Origin: an uncultured virus (IMG/VR IMGVR_UViG_3300038315_001276)
Lineage: Duplodnaviria > Heunggongvirae > Uroviricota > Caudoviricetes
Virus record (IMG/VR): IMGVR_UViG_3300038315_001276
DNA length: 64,000 bases
Direction: 5' to 3' (one strand)
Shown: one piece after another, positions 37,178-46,677 of the stretch
Position numbering within the stretch: the first letter of the stretch is position 1
Layout of the letters: each line of letters starts with the position of its first letter
Notes under the pieces: generated by a model
Seen by the model: the letters and a program-made list of their open reading frames with translations, nothing else
What the model was told of the DNA's origin: nothing
The model's database searches: none
Made by a program: the position numbers and the translations under genes

Positions 37178-37960
37178 TTAATTCCCTTTCGTTGGGGTGC
37201 TGTAGTATTCGGCCAATTCGTCATCGACGGTCTTGGGCGAGGTTGGGATTGTGGAGGAGGTTTTCATGCCGCGCGGTTGCAGCAGAGCTTCCAGCGCCTT
37301 GACGCCGTTCGCCGTTGTCGCCGCAGCTTTCAGCGCTGCCGCTTGGTCTGCGGGAAGACGCGAGGTCAGCGCACGATCGACATCTGAGATGCGTGAATCT
37401 GCGCGGGAGCCAAGCTGTTTCATCTGGGCTTTGCTCTCCGCATACATCGGGGCAAATTCAGCGGCTTGGTACTTCGCCAGCGCGCCCATGAACTCGGACG
37501 CGGCTTGTTTCGGCAGATTGTATTTGTGGAGCAGCCCGCCAAATTCCTCGAAAACCGGAGCCATTGCGGGATCATCGGCTTTCACGTGGAAGGAAAAGCC
37601 CTCGGGCAATTCCAGATCGCCGAAGTCCAGATCGTCGGGAACAGAGAACTCGTAGCCGGTGCCGTCGTCGGGCACGTCCTGCAGCGCTTCTTGTCGCTGA
37701 GCCTCTTGCGCGGTCAGGTCATCGAAGCGCGCCCGAAACCCTTCGATGTCATTCGCGCCGTCTTGGCGGAACTCGTCGGGCAGGAAGGAATAATCAACTT
37801 CCGTGGGGGCTGGTGCGGCCGCCGGATCGGCGGGCGGGTTTGCGGGGTCCGCCGCGGGGGGCGGATCTCCTGCGGGCGACGGGTCAAGAGGCGGTGCCCC
37901 GGCGTCGTCCTGTGGTGCCCACACGGGGCGGTGAAGGTTCAGTTTTTGCATCAAATTCAT
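37178..37960 (-). CDS. Scaffolding / capsid assembly protein
   Basis: Acidic Pro-rich N-terminus, directly upstream of the capsid gene. Confidence 0.75.
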   Translation of the reverse strand: MNLMQKLNLHRPVWAPQDDAGAPPLDPSPAGDPPPAADPANPPADPAAAPAPTEVDYSFLPDEFRQDGANDIEGFRARFDDLTAQEAQRQEALQDVPDDGTGYEFSVPDDLDFGDLELPEGFSFHVKADDPAMAPVFEEFGGLLHKYNLPKQAASEFMGALAKYQAAEFAPMYAESKAQMKQLGSRADSRISDVDRALTSRLPADQAAALKAAATTANGVKALEALLQPRGMKTSSTIPTSPKTVDDELAEYYSTPTKGN

Positions 37961-38225
37961 CGCTCAAGATCCTCCTAAGATCGAGGGCGATAAAACTCTG
38001 AGCGTTGTTCGCATCCAATGCACGGGGATCGGCGCTCGGATCGATCGATCTTTCAAGGATCGCTTTTTCAAACAAATCCAGCACCTTAGCCCCATCGGGC
38101 GAATTGAAGGTCGAACGGATTGCACCGATGGCAAAATCAGCCTTCTTCTTCAACCCTGACCGCTGCAGCTCAGCGATGTATTCAATGATTGGGCCGGGGC
38201 TACTCAGTCGGCGGGGTAGATCCAT
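37884..38225 (-). CDS. Bbp19-like protein
   Basis: F.SPDG.KVL motif, follows the portal. Confidence 0.6.
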   Translation of the reverse strand: MDLPRRLSSPGPIIEYIAELQRSGLKKKADFAIGAIRSTFNSPDGAKVLDLFEKAILERSIDPSADPRALDANNAQSFIALDLRRILSDEFDAKTEPSPPRVGTTGRRRGTAS

Positions 38226-39729
38226 CGGGCGGGGCTCCTTCGGGTTGTTGTTGTTCTTTGCGGATCACGGTGATCTCGTCACCGGACGTTTTCACGATGT
38301 TGTTGAACGTCGCCACGGGGTCGATGAACTCGCCCACCCGCTCTTGGAACACTTCAAACGCCAGCCCGAGGTTGGAGCGCGACACCATCACCTTGTCTTG
38401 GTTCTGGGCTTTCTGCAGGGGCGAGATCGGCTGAACGGAGATCACGGCTTCGTTGTGCGTCAAAGCCTCGTCCATCTTGCCAAGCTGGATGGCGAGATAT
38501 TCGACGCGCTGGACGAACGGCATGAAGAACTCGCGCCACAGGGGGGCCGAAGGCTTGCCAAGGCGTTGCTGCACGCGGCGGCGCTCGTCTATCCACTGCG
38601 AAGCGGTTGGTGGTGTTTCGCCGCGTTGGCGGGGGCCGTCCTGATAGAAACGCTGGCGCAGACGATCTTCGAGACGATCTTCGGAGAAGAACCCCGTGTC
38701 GAGATTGACGCCCTTCTGCATCTCATAAATCTGGTCGCGGGTGAAACCACGGGACGCGGGATATGCGCGGCCAGCATCAACGCCTTCGCTCAGATCAAGG
38801 AACCCGTCGTCGGCATAGATGACGGTGTTGCGCAGCGCTTGGTCCAGACCGTCGAGGACAGCTTCATCCACAGCGTTGTAGACGCGCATGTCGGGCAGTG
38901 CCTTCCACGCGGGGCCACGACCCCAAGGGCGATTGGTCTGGGGATTGAACCGGCCCACCAGCAACGGGCAGGAACCAGCATATTCACCGAGCGTAAGGGG
39001 TTCGTCGGGTGTGATCCGGTTGCCGTCAACGGTGATCTCGCAGCGCCACATCGGATTGCCGGGATCAGCCCAATCGAGCCAGAAACCCCAGCACACTTTG
39101 CAAGTGTCACCGGGCTTATCCATCTTCTTCTTGATCGCGGGGATCTCAAGAGTGACGTCCCACCCGTCGAAGAGGGCTTTGAGGGAGGAAGCCATCACAG
39201 GCTTTTCGCGGAAACGGTCGAGGATGCCGAGATGCCCTGGTGTGATCAGCAGCTCGCATGGTGGAACTGTCTCGCAATACACGGGCTGCGACAGGTGCGC
39301 GCTATCCACCCACATGGCGATTGTACCATGAGCGGCCTCGAACATGACCTGCGGCGCAACGTCGTTGTAATTGGAGGATTGGATCATATCGAACAGGCTT
39401 TCTTCCCGTTCACCGACGATCTCTGATACCTGATTGACCGCCTCTTTCGGAACCGGCGTCGTCACCATGTATTCGGTCCACATGGTTTCGGACGGGGTGT
39501 AATACGACACGATGTCAGACGCGAAGTCGCTGCTCAGATCCTCGGGCAGCGAAATGAAGGTTTCAGGCTCGTCATCGCGCGGCGTGAAGATGTTCGTGTC
39601 GAACTCGTTCTCACGTCCTGGGCAGATGAATGAATAGATTTCTTCGAGCTTTGGACGCACCATATCCCGCCACTGTTTGGCGGCGGAATAGCGTGTCGAA
39701 AAGTCCTTGCTGGGCTTGCGATCAACCAT
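38200..39729 (-). CDS. Portal (head-to-tail connector), podovirus type
   Basis: WGRGPA..ALPD, TA.QW..R and ISPL.KAQ. Confidence 0.9.
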   Translation of the reverse strand: MVDRKPSKDFSTRYSAAKQWRDMVRPKLEEIYSFICPGRENEFDTNIFTPRDDEPETFISLPEDLSSDFASDIVSYYTPSETMWTEYMVTTPVPKEAVNQVSEIVGEREESLFDMIQSSNYNDVAPQVMFEAAHGTIAMWVDSAHLSQPVYCETVPPCELLITPGHLGILDRFREKPVMASSLKALFDGWDVTLEIPAIKKKMDKPGDTCKVCWGFWLDWADPGNPMWRCEITVDGNRITPDEPLTLGEYAGSCPLLVGRFNPQTNRPWGRGPAWKALPDMRVYNAVDEAVLDGLDQALRNTVIYADDGFLDLSEGVDAGRAYPASRGFTRDQIYEMQKGVNLDTGFFSEDRLEDRLRQRFYQDGPRQRGETPPTASQWIDERRRVQQRLGKPSAPLWREFFMPFVQRVEYLAIQLGKMDEALTHNEAVISVQPISPLQKAQNQDKVMVSRSNLGLAFEVFQERVGEFIDPVATFNNIVKTSGDEITVIRKEQQQPEGAPPDGSTPPTE

Positions 39730-39730
39730 A

Positions 39731-39982
39731 TTAGCGATCAGACGGGACGCGGGCTTGGGCAGGACCAAAGCCCAAGGATGATACGCCTGTTTTGGCGGCG
39801 GGTTTCTTGGACGTGCCACGCGCGCCAAACATGGATAGACCTTTCAGGCCATAGACGGCGCGCAGGTCCGAGGTCAGACCGCCCGCCGCCTCTTCCGATG
39901 TCTCCCGACGATCAAGCATCGACAGTCGGCGCTGCCGAAGTCGGTCCTTCTTCGCTTCTGGATCTTCCTCTGGTCCGCCCAT
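39731..39982 (-). CDS. Small pre-portal hypothetical protein
   Basis: GGAG RBS and synteny. Confidence 0.65.
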   Translation of the reverse strand: MGGPEEDPEAKKDRLRQRRLSMLDRRETSEEAAGGLTSDLRAVYGLKGLSMFGARGTSKKPAAKTGVSSLGFGPAQARVPSDR

Positions 39983-40367
39983 GAACAATCACTCCTTTTT
40001 CTTGGAGCAACCTCTTGCGGAAACCATTTGGCGTAAATGCACGGATACCGATCAGGGCCGCGCATTGGGTGACGCAATTCATGGGCAGATGCAGGGGAAA
40101 CAGGAACTTCTTGCTGGCCTGCACCTTGATCACGGTATGAGCGCGAGAGAACTTCTCGGCCATGATCTCTTCCACCTCGTCGTAGATATGGGTGATCGAC
40201 AGAGACGACCGATAGCGGCCCGGGTCGTAGAAGAACCAGGTGTCATCGATTGTATAGCCCATTGCTTCGACGTGGCCGAAATACTGCGTCCATGTGGCCT
40301 GCCCCGCACGGATCTGCGCGATTGTGGGCCGGTGATGGAAGACGAAATAGAAATACTCAGGCTCCAC
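39912..40367 (-). CDS. Hypothetical protein, possible permuted papain-like fold
   Basis: FGHV...NCV His-before-Cys pattern. Confidence 0.6.
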   Translation of the reverse strand: MEPEYFYFVFHHRPTIAQIRAGQATWTQYFGHVEAMGYTIDDTWFFYDPGRYRSSLSITHIYDEVEEIMAEKFSRAHTVIKVQASKKFLFPLHLPMNCVTQCAALIGIRAFTPNGFRKRLLQEKGVIVHGRTRGRSRSEEGPTSAAPTVDA

Positions 40368-41874
40368 GGCGCAATCTCACTTTTCTGGGTTTGATGGGGG
40401 AAGGCTGACGCCGCTCCCGATTGGGGTTTGTGACAACTGCATAGCCTTCGCCACCACCAATCAGGCCGTTCTCGAACGCATCCACGGGGTGAGAGTATGG
40501 GCCCTTGACCGGAGACGGGGAGAACATGCCCGGTGCGCCCTTGATCTTGCGGTAGTGGTGCCCGCCCGCCATGCCGCGGCGAAGGATCAGAGCGCGAGGG
40601 TTCACTTTCAGACCATTGCGGCGATTCAGCACCATCTCAACGCTGGACCGGCGCAGCTCGATGTTGTTGTCCGACGTGGCCGGCAGCACCTGCATCCCAT
40701 ACTTCAGGAAGATCCCGAAACCCGTGTCCTCGGTTGCCTCCTGTCCGTCGCCGCCGCGCGGATCGCCCCAGAAGTTGAACTCGAAGCCGGGATAATACTT
40801 GGCCCCGTGCTTTTTGACCTTTGGCGCGAATTTGTCAGCGCTTTCATTGTCGCCAACAAGCTCGGAAAACACGGTCCAGACGTCGTTGACGTTCTGCATG
40901 AAGATCGCCGCGGGACTGCGCCCGAAATCGAGGCCAACGGTGATGGGAACCCCCGGCACGGGGTCGGTATCCTCGGGATTGACGTGATCGACCTCAGAAA
41001 AGTCGGGGTAGACGGGCTTGCCAGCCATGTAGAGGCCGACCTTGTTCAGCACCCGTCGATCGATCCACGACCGCGCCTTGCCCTTGATCTTGTCCAGATA
41101 GCTTTCGCGCAGGTTCTTCTGGTTTTCGGCCAGCGGATTGTACTCATAGACCGGACGGCCATCGACCATCTTCTCGATCAGGCCGGGGGGCTGCACGATG
41201 AAGGTCCACGTATCGGGTTTTTCGAAGCCGGCACGCTCGTCCTCGCCCATCTCAGGGGGCAAGGGGATGTCGCCGCGCATGTAGGGAACCCAATGGCCCT
41301 CGACCGGAGCGTTCATGTCCATCCAGCCGCCGTACCATGTCGCACCGCCCCCGTTCTTCATGGAGGGATAGCGCGCGCAGCGAGACAGCAGCTCGTCGAT
41401 GATCTCTTTCTCGGTGAACTGTCCCTCGTTCTTGAAAAAGCCGGTGATCTCGTAGGACGCGAGAACAGCTTCGGCGGTGTCGGCGTCGGGAAGGGCCAAG
41501 AAGATGACCTCGCAGTCGACCTTCGTTCCATCCCCTGACGGGTGGTCGCGCTTCAAATGGTGGAACATGGGCTCAGCACGGATGAAGGGCCCCCAGATTT
41601 CCTCGGGGAACCATTCGAGCCACGTTTTCACGGTGGTTTCGCGCAGCTGCTTGTAGGTTTCGCGCGAGATGATCCAGCGGGTCCGACGAACATTGTCCCA
41701 ATCGGGGGCTTGGTTGCAGGCCAAACGCCAGATCTTGTGACAGGATGCCGTCGAAGTGCCTGAACCGATGGGCCCCTGCACACAGCAGAAGTGATCCTCG
41801 TTCCAGAAAAACTCCGTCAGCTTCGCGCCATCGGGCTCATAAAGGAAATTTCCGCGGTCTGTGATTCTGAGCAT
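40357..41874 (-). CDS. terL: Terminase large subunit
   Basis: GPIGSG(T)S, R.TY.QL..TT, MDMNAP, GLDFG.SPAA and SHPVDA. Confidence 0.92.
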   Translation of the reverse strand: MLRITDRGNFLYEPDGAKLTEFFWNEDHFCCVQGPIGSGTSTASCHKIWRLACNQAPDWDNVRRTRWIISRETYKQLRETTVKTWLEWFPEEIWGPFIRAEPMFHHLKRDHPSGDGTKVDCEVIFLALPDADTAEAVLASYEITGFFKNEGQFTEKEIIDELLSRCARYPSMKNGGGATWYGGWMDMNAPVEGHWVPYMRGDIPLPPEMGEDERAGFEKPDTWTFIVQPPGLIEKMVDGRPVYEYNPLAENQKNLRESYLDKIKGKARSWIDRRVLNKVGLYMAGKPVYPDFSEVDHVNPEDTDPVPGVPITVGLDFGRSPAAIFMQNVNDVWTVFSELVGDNESADKFAPKVKKHGAKYYPGFEFNFWGDPRGGDGQEATEDTGFGIFLKYGMQVLPATSDNNIELRRSSVEMVLNRRNGLKVNPRALILRRGMAGGHHYRKIKGAPGMFSPSPVKGPYSHPVDAFENGLIGGGEGYAVVTNPNRERRQPSPIKPRKVRLRRGA

Positions 41875-42125
41875 CAGCAGTCCTCGACTTGATCAGCGAC
41901 CAATGAGGCTTGCGCAACCTGCATGGCCCCAATCATCGAGAACGAACCGCAGAGCCCGCCCCAATCCCATGTGCTGTGACTATCTGCGCCTTGCTCGACA
42001 AGAACGACGCCTATGGTTTGACCGGAACGCGCCCGATTAAGAACGCTTTCAAGCAAAGCGATGCAATTCTGGTTTGGCTCCGACATAGCCGGCGGAACAA
42101 GTTTCGCTACATTATCTGACATCAT
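41874..42125 (-). CDS. Hypothetical protein
   Basis: AGGAGG RBS, coupled to terL. Confidence 0.7.
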   Translation of the reverse strand: MMSDNVAKLVPPAMSEPNQNCIALLESVLNRARSGQTIGVVLVEQGADSHSTWDWGGLCGSFSMIGAMQVAQASLVADQVEDC

Positions 42126-42216
42126 GGCCTCCTGGTATGACGCCCAGAAGGTCGCACCGGATCAGGCCGGATCAGATGCACGGGAGAGAGGGCAGCCGAA
42201 GCCGCCCCCAATCTTC

Positions 42217-42408
42217 TCAGGTGAAGTTTGCCTTCACAGCCCACATCGCGGCTTGTTCGAAGTTGGTCAGGGCAATGGAACGACAGCGATTGTCTGGCAC
42301 GTTGTCGCGCAGATACTGCATAAGCGTTTCTGTCATTTCCTTGATCGCGTCGACCTCGCTTTTGCCCGATGGGTTGAAGGAGGGGATGGTGGTTTCTTTA
42401 TCAGCCAT
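42217..42408 (-). CDS. Acb2/Tad1-like helical hairpin protein
   Basis: FNPSG...VD.IK...R.RSIALTNFEQAAMWAVKA. Confidence 0.65.
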   Translation of the reverse strand: MADKETTIPSFNPSGKSEVDAIKEMTETLMQYLRDNVPDNRCRSIALTNFEQAAMWAVKANFT

Positions 42409-42675
42409 TGCGTTTTCCTTTGGCTTAGATGCCCGTTGACCCTCGGGCATGGGATCGACCTACTGCCGACGAAGGGAAGATGGCAGGCATGGGATGGGGA
42501 TCAGATGCACGTCACAGCTTCGCCCGCGCAGAGCGCAGGTCAGCGATGATCTTCGAAAGCCGCTCCGAATACTGCCCATGACCAAGCAGGACCGTCAGAC
42601 GGCGCTCAGCGAGAGCCAGTGTGCCGCCATGCGCGCAGTCCCAACGCCAGAGACGGAAACGACGAACCAAGCGCT

Positions 42676-43092
42676 TCATGTCGCCACCAACACGCCGTCA
42701 ACGACAACGGCAGCACCGGACGACAACAGCAGCTTTTCAGCATTCCCGTATCGCAGACCAAGCCAGCCCATCTCAGCCTCAGCCTGACGCGGGGAAAGAC
42801 GCTTAGAACGTATCACCGCCAAAAGCTCGGCCGCATCAGCTTGACGACCAGAACGCGCAACAGCTGGACGAGCCTTAGCCGTATCAATCGCAACCTGAAC
42901 AGGATCAGGATCGGGCGGCACAAAAGATTTTTTTTTGCCACCAGCAACAGGCCCATTCACAGCACCAGCAAACGGAACCCCCAAAGCCGCCTCAGCAGCA
43001 GCCCGGATAAATTCAGACCGACCCTCGGGACGCGCATCAACACGCGCCATCAGATCAGGGTCAAACCGGATAGAATAATTTTTAGTCGGCAT
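42676..43092 (-). CDS. Ribbon-helix-helix DNA-binding protein
   Basis: YSIRFD.DL..RVD...RSEFIRAA. Confidence 0.7.
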   Translation of the reverse strand: MPTKNYSIRFDPDLMARVDARPEGRSEFIRAAAEAALGVPFAGAVNGPVAGGKKKSFVPPDPDPVQVAIDTAKARPAVARSGRQADAAELLAVIRSKRLSPRQAEAEMGWLGLRYGNAEKLLLSSGAAVVVDGVLVAT

Positions 43093-43763
43093 CAGAACTT
43101 CCTCTCGGCTTCCATGCGGCGCAAAGCGGTCAGCATTGTTTCATTTGGCCGAAGATCGTAGCCGCAGCCAATGGTGCCGCCCTTCCAAGATCCGGTGCGC
43201 TCACCAACCTCGTCGGAGAACTGGACTTCGATGCTGTGCTTAGACCAACGCGGCCAACCCAACGCCTTGAATGCTCGACGGCACAAAACATGACGGCGCA
43301 CCGAAACCGTGGCCGAACGCTGTTGCACCTCGCCAGATTTCAAAACGTAGGTGTACGGATAGCTTTTCGAAAACGGCTCGGCGTCCCAATCACAAACGTC
43401 GACCCAAGATCCGTCACGCAACTGTTTCTCATAAGCCAAGGTGTGCAAATCCCAAGGCCAATCCCAGCTGCGACGGCGCTGACCCCAGTGAACCGAAAAG
43501 CCGAACTCCTTCGACGCATAGATCGACCACTGCGGCTCGTCTTCAATGCTGACGTACCGGCGCATAACCCCCAACGGGATCACAGCCGTAAAACGAAAAA
43601 ATTTTAAAAACAGCATCCGGTCGCCCTGGTCGTAATCGTTGCTGTGGACGTGAACCCCAAAGCCAAAATCCCAGCCATGCCGACTGCGCGACAATTCGAC
43701 CGCCTGACCATTTCGAAGCCAGCCGCGCCATAAGTCCCGATCCCGGTGTGTGTGCTCAAACAT
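43092..43763 (-). CDS. Hypothetical protein
   Basis: GGAGG RBS, Trp-rich 223 aa. Confidence 0.7.
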   Translation of the reverse strand: MFEHTHRDRDLWRGWLRNGQAVELSRSRHGWDFGFGVHVHSNDYDQGDRMLFLKFFRFTAVIPLGVMRRYVSIEDEPQWSIYASKEFGFSVHWGQRRRSWDWPWDLHTLAYEKQLRDGSWVDVCDWDAEPFSKSYPYTYVLKSGEVQQRSATVSVRRHVLCRRAFKALGWPRWSKHSIEVQFSDEVGERTGSWKGGTIGCGYDLRPNETMLTALRRMEAERKF

Positions 43764-44061
43764 CGTGTAACCTCCATGTGTATTACGAAAAGAGGTTTAC
43801 CGGCCCAAAAACGTATTACAGATGCACCGCCGTAATACGATAATTGATGATAAAAATAAAAATTAGGGGGGTGGGAAGGGACAAGTGCCGCGAGGGAAGG
43901 GGTGGACTAGAGGATCTGCGCGCGCGGATTTACCCCCGCCCCCCTCCGATCGAGACCCCCCTACCCCCTCCGGTATGGGGCGAGGCCGGGGCCTGTGGTG
44001 GCGTCCAGACCTTGAAAAGCTGGGGTTTTGGGGCTGTTACTCGGGCCAATGGGTAACGGAT

Positions 44062-44574
44062 TTAGGATTGCTCAATGATTTCAGCATCTTCTATCAAAGG
44101 CGCATTAGATTGCTTCTCTTGAGCGTGCCGGATTGTGACTACTTCTTGGCTCGGGTGGGCGTATTCATAGCCCTGCGCGGCTGGCTGATTATTGACCTGA
44201 ACCGCCACATTTACGCTGTTTCCTTTGCTCTCGCCCGCGAGAAACTCCACCATCCTAGCCTTTACCGCGTCTGACTTAGAGGCCTGCATGAGTTCGTTTG
44301 CGACCTCGAAGGCTCTGGCCTTGTATGGCGCGCGCATTGCTTCAACCTCTTGGACGTATTCGGCTTTTATTTCTTCGTGGAGCTGTTTGACCTCTTCGCG
44401 CAGTCTGGCCTTGTATAATCCGGCGGGAGAGAGGCCTACGGCCCTAGCGCAGTCGTCCCATGGTAGGAGGTCCCTAACTCTGTGGGCGAGTGCTGCGCGT
44501 ATTTTGCGTGAAACGGTGCGGGGTTTGCGCGGTTTCATCTGCTTATCGGTTGTTGTGGTGGGTGCTGTGTCCAT
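44062..44574 (-). CDS. Probable terminase small subunit
   Basis: N-terminal HTH, C-terminal VNVAVQVNN strand, upstream of terL. Leaderless start. Confidence 0.65.
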   Translation of the reverse strand: MDTAPTTTTDKQMKPRKPRTVSRKIRAALAHRVRDLLPWDDCARAVGLSPAGLYKARLREEVKQLHEEIKAEYVQEVEAMRAPYKARAFEVANELMQASKSDAVKARMVEFLAGESKGNSVNVAVQVNNQPAAQGYEYAHPSQEVVTIRHAQEKQSNAPLIEDAEIIEQS

Positions 44575-44661
44575 GGGCGGGAAGGTAGCGCCGTGGCGGC
44601 CTTGTGGTCGATGCACAGGGGGGAGAGAGGGCAGCGCCTGCCCTTCTCTGCTGGTGGCGGC

Positions 44662-44931
44662 CTAGCGTAGTGATCTGATGGCGTTCCTATCCCATGCGAG
44701 GCGGTGGCACAGGGCACAGGCGGCGTTGATGGCGTCGGCGGTGGCTTGGTCCCCCGCGTCGGGCTCTTCGAAGTGCAGGCAGCACCATGCCCCATAAACT
44801 GCGCTGTTTGCGTCTATGAGGTCGTGCGGGTTCTCGCCGGCTTGAACGTCGGCGAACTGTTCGGGCGTCAATTGGGCGTCGATCAGGTCGCACATCATCA
44901 TTGCAAGGGTGGCGATGTCTTGGCGGGTCAT
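44662..44931 (-). CDS. Hypothetical acidic protein
   Basis: ATGA-coupled ORF with HD.IDAN motif. Confidence 0.6.
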   Translation of the reverse strand: MTRQDIATLAMMMCDLIDAQLTPEQFADVQAGENPHDLIDANSAVYGAWCCLHFEEPDAGDQATADAINAACALCHRLAWDRNAIRSLR

Positions 44932-45020
44932 TGGTACAGGCTCCAGATGGACGGGGAGAGGGAGAGGGCAAGCCCTGCGTATAGCAGGACCGACCAGAGG
45001 GCGCGGCGGCGGGGGCTCAT
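44928..45020 (-). CDS. Unlisted 30-aa membrane peptide MSPRRRALWSVLLYAGLALSLSPSIWSLYQ
   Basis: ATGA overlaps at both ends. Confidence 0.55.
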   Translation of the reverse strand: MSPRRRALWSVLLYAGLALSLSPSIWSLYQ

Positions 45021-45442
45021 GCAAACACCGCCTTGCGGGAGTAAGCACGGGCGCGCCATTCTGCCGCTGTCTGCCCCGCTACAGTGTCGGTGCGCAGTGG
45101 TGTGAGCATCTGCAGAAGCTGGGCGTTTGCGCCGCCGTTGTAATACGGCCCCATTTCTTCACTCATGAGCTTGAGGCTTACATACCGATAGCCGCGACCG
45201 TTCAGGCCGGATTGCTTGGCGACGACACAGACAATAGCGCGCTTTGCGTTGGCTGGCAGATCATAGACCTGATCAAAGCGGCGGCGCTCTGCATCATCGA
45301 GTTTCGCCAGATCGATCGAGAGCGCAACGGCGGCGCTTTCGTGGTCGGTCGTGAACATGCGGATCTTAGCATCAGGACCGCAAAGCTCAGCTTGCAGAAC
45401 CTTGCCTGCGGTTTCGGTGGTGGGGAATGTGATGGTGCCCAT
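45017..45442 (-). CDS. DUF6927-like protein
   Basis: K.MSEEMGPYY...LL..LTP...A.EWRAR. Confidence 0.65.
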   Translation of the reverse strand: MGTITFPTTETAGKVLQAELCGPDAKIRMFTTDHESAAVALSIDLAKLDDAERRRFDQVYDLPANAKRAIVCVVAKQSGLNGRGYRYVSLKLMSEEMGPYYNGGANAQLLQMLTPLRTDTVAGQTAAEWRARAYSRKAVFA

Positions 45443-45486
45443 TTCAGTTTCCTTTCAGGTGTTGCGGGGTTTCGACCCGTGCCCTC

Positions 45487-45580
45487 AATATGCGCCCCAC
45501 TTTATCAAACGTCAATCCGTATAGTTTACTTTTTTATCTTTTATGCGCTTGCATAGGTTTTATATTTGTCTATATGGTAG
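45487..45580. promoter_or_regulatory. Divergent sigma70 promoters
   Basis: Minus TTGACG-N17-CATATT (45487-45515). Plus TTGCAT-N16/18-TATATG/TATGGT. AT-rich spacer. Confidence 0.65.
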
Positions 45581-45627
45581 GACATGGCGACCGAAACCGC
45601 CCCCACACATTTTGAAAGGTTCAGACA

Positions 45628-46677
45628 ATGAAAGATTGCACCCAGATCACTCCAGCACCCGGCGCGCCCGTCGTTCATGGTGACTATTCAAACGCGGATC
45701 GCACCGGATGGATTGCCAGCGTGATCGAGAACGAAAACGAAGTTTATTCACTTGGCAGCGGCGCAATGCAGCGCGAGTTTTTGCGCGTCGTCGTCGTGTT
45801 CGAGGATCTGAGCTTTACCGAGATTTCCGAAGGCATCGCGGCCCCTTGGATGGAAAAGGCGCAGGCCTTGGACGTACCACACAAGAGCGAGGCCGACGCC
45901 TTGGCTATGCTGGACGATGCGAAGGCAGAGCAGGCACGCAAGCACGCCCAGCGCCAAGCAGAGAGCGAGGCAGAGGCCGAACGGGTCAGCGCATGGCGCG
46001 ACACCATCCGCGACAAGATCCCCGCCAACGCTAAGGCCGTCATTGTGGCGCAGCTGATGCAAGATCAATCCGACAGCATGACGGACTATTTCGCCAGCCG
46101 TCCGACTAAAGCCATCATTTTGGCATTCAGCACGCACACACGCGACCTGTTCCCCGAGATGCGCAAGGCAGCCAAGAACCACACCAGCACCGCGCACCTT
46201 GCAGACGCGCCAGCCAGCGCAGAGAACCGCCAAAAGTACAGCATGGGCGGCGGCTACTTCTTGAAGGAAGGCGGACGCCACAGCACAGGATGGAAGATCA
46301 GCAAACAGGTTTTCTATGCCAACGATCTAAACAACGATCGCGCAAACCTTGTGCCCTATGGGGAATGGAGCGTCCCAGCAGAGGCCGCAAGCAACGCCCG
46401 CACCTACACCAAGACGGAAGCAGTACCGGAGGCCGTCGCGCTGGATGTAGACGCGCCCGAAGGCTTCACCGTGACAAGCCACACCCACACAAAGAAGGGC
46501 TTTCAGATGTTCATTGTAGAACAGGCCGAACGGGTGGGGCGCGAAACCTTCATGCGCCAACTTGAGCAGGCAAAGAGCTTGCGCGGCTGGTATTCTCGCA
46601 AGTGGGGAAGCACGCCCGCAGGCTTTGCGTTTAAGGATCAAGCTGCAGTCGTTAAGTTTTTGGAGGCGGTAGCATGA
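45628..46677 (+). CDS. Polyvalent-protein-like hypothetical of mobile elements
   Basis: D.SD.MTDYF...LAFS.H.RDLF.EMRKAA...KYSMG.GY.L and C-terminal GWYSR..GF.F. Confidence 0.75.
   Translation: MKDCTQITPAPGAPVVHGDYSNADRTGWIASVIENENEVYSLGSGAMQREFLRVVVVFEDLSFTEISEGIAAPWMEKAQALDVPHKSEADALAMLDDAKAEQARKHAQRQAESEAEAERVSAWRDTIRDKIPANAKAVIVAQLMQDQSDSMTDYFASRPTKAIILAFSTHTRDLFPEMRKAAKNHTSTAHLADAPASAENRQKYSMGGGYFLKEGGRHSTGWKISKQVFYANDLNNDRANLVPYGEWSVPAEAASNARTYTKTEAVPEAVALDVDAPEGFTVTSHTHTKKGFQMFIVEQAERVGRETFMRQLEQAKSLRGWYSRKWGSTPAGFAFKDQAAVVKFLEAVA

Noticed and set aside
24600..41800. Long plus-strand ORFs such as 38005..39426, 40489..41538 and 33778..34662
   Set aside because: Antisense shadows of high-GC structural genes, with no motifs or RBS.
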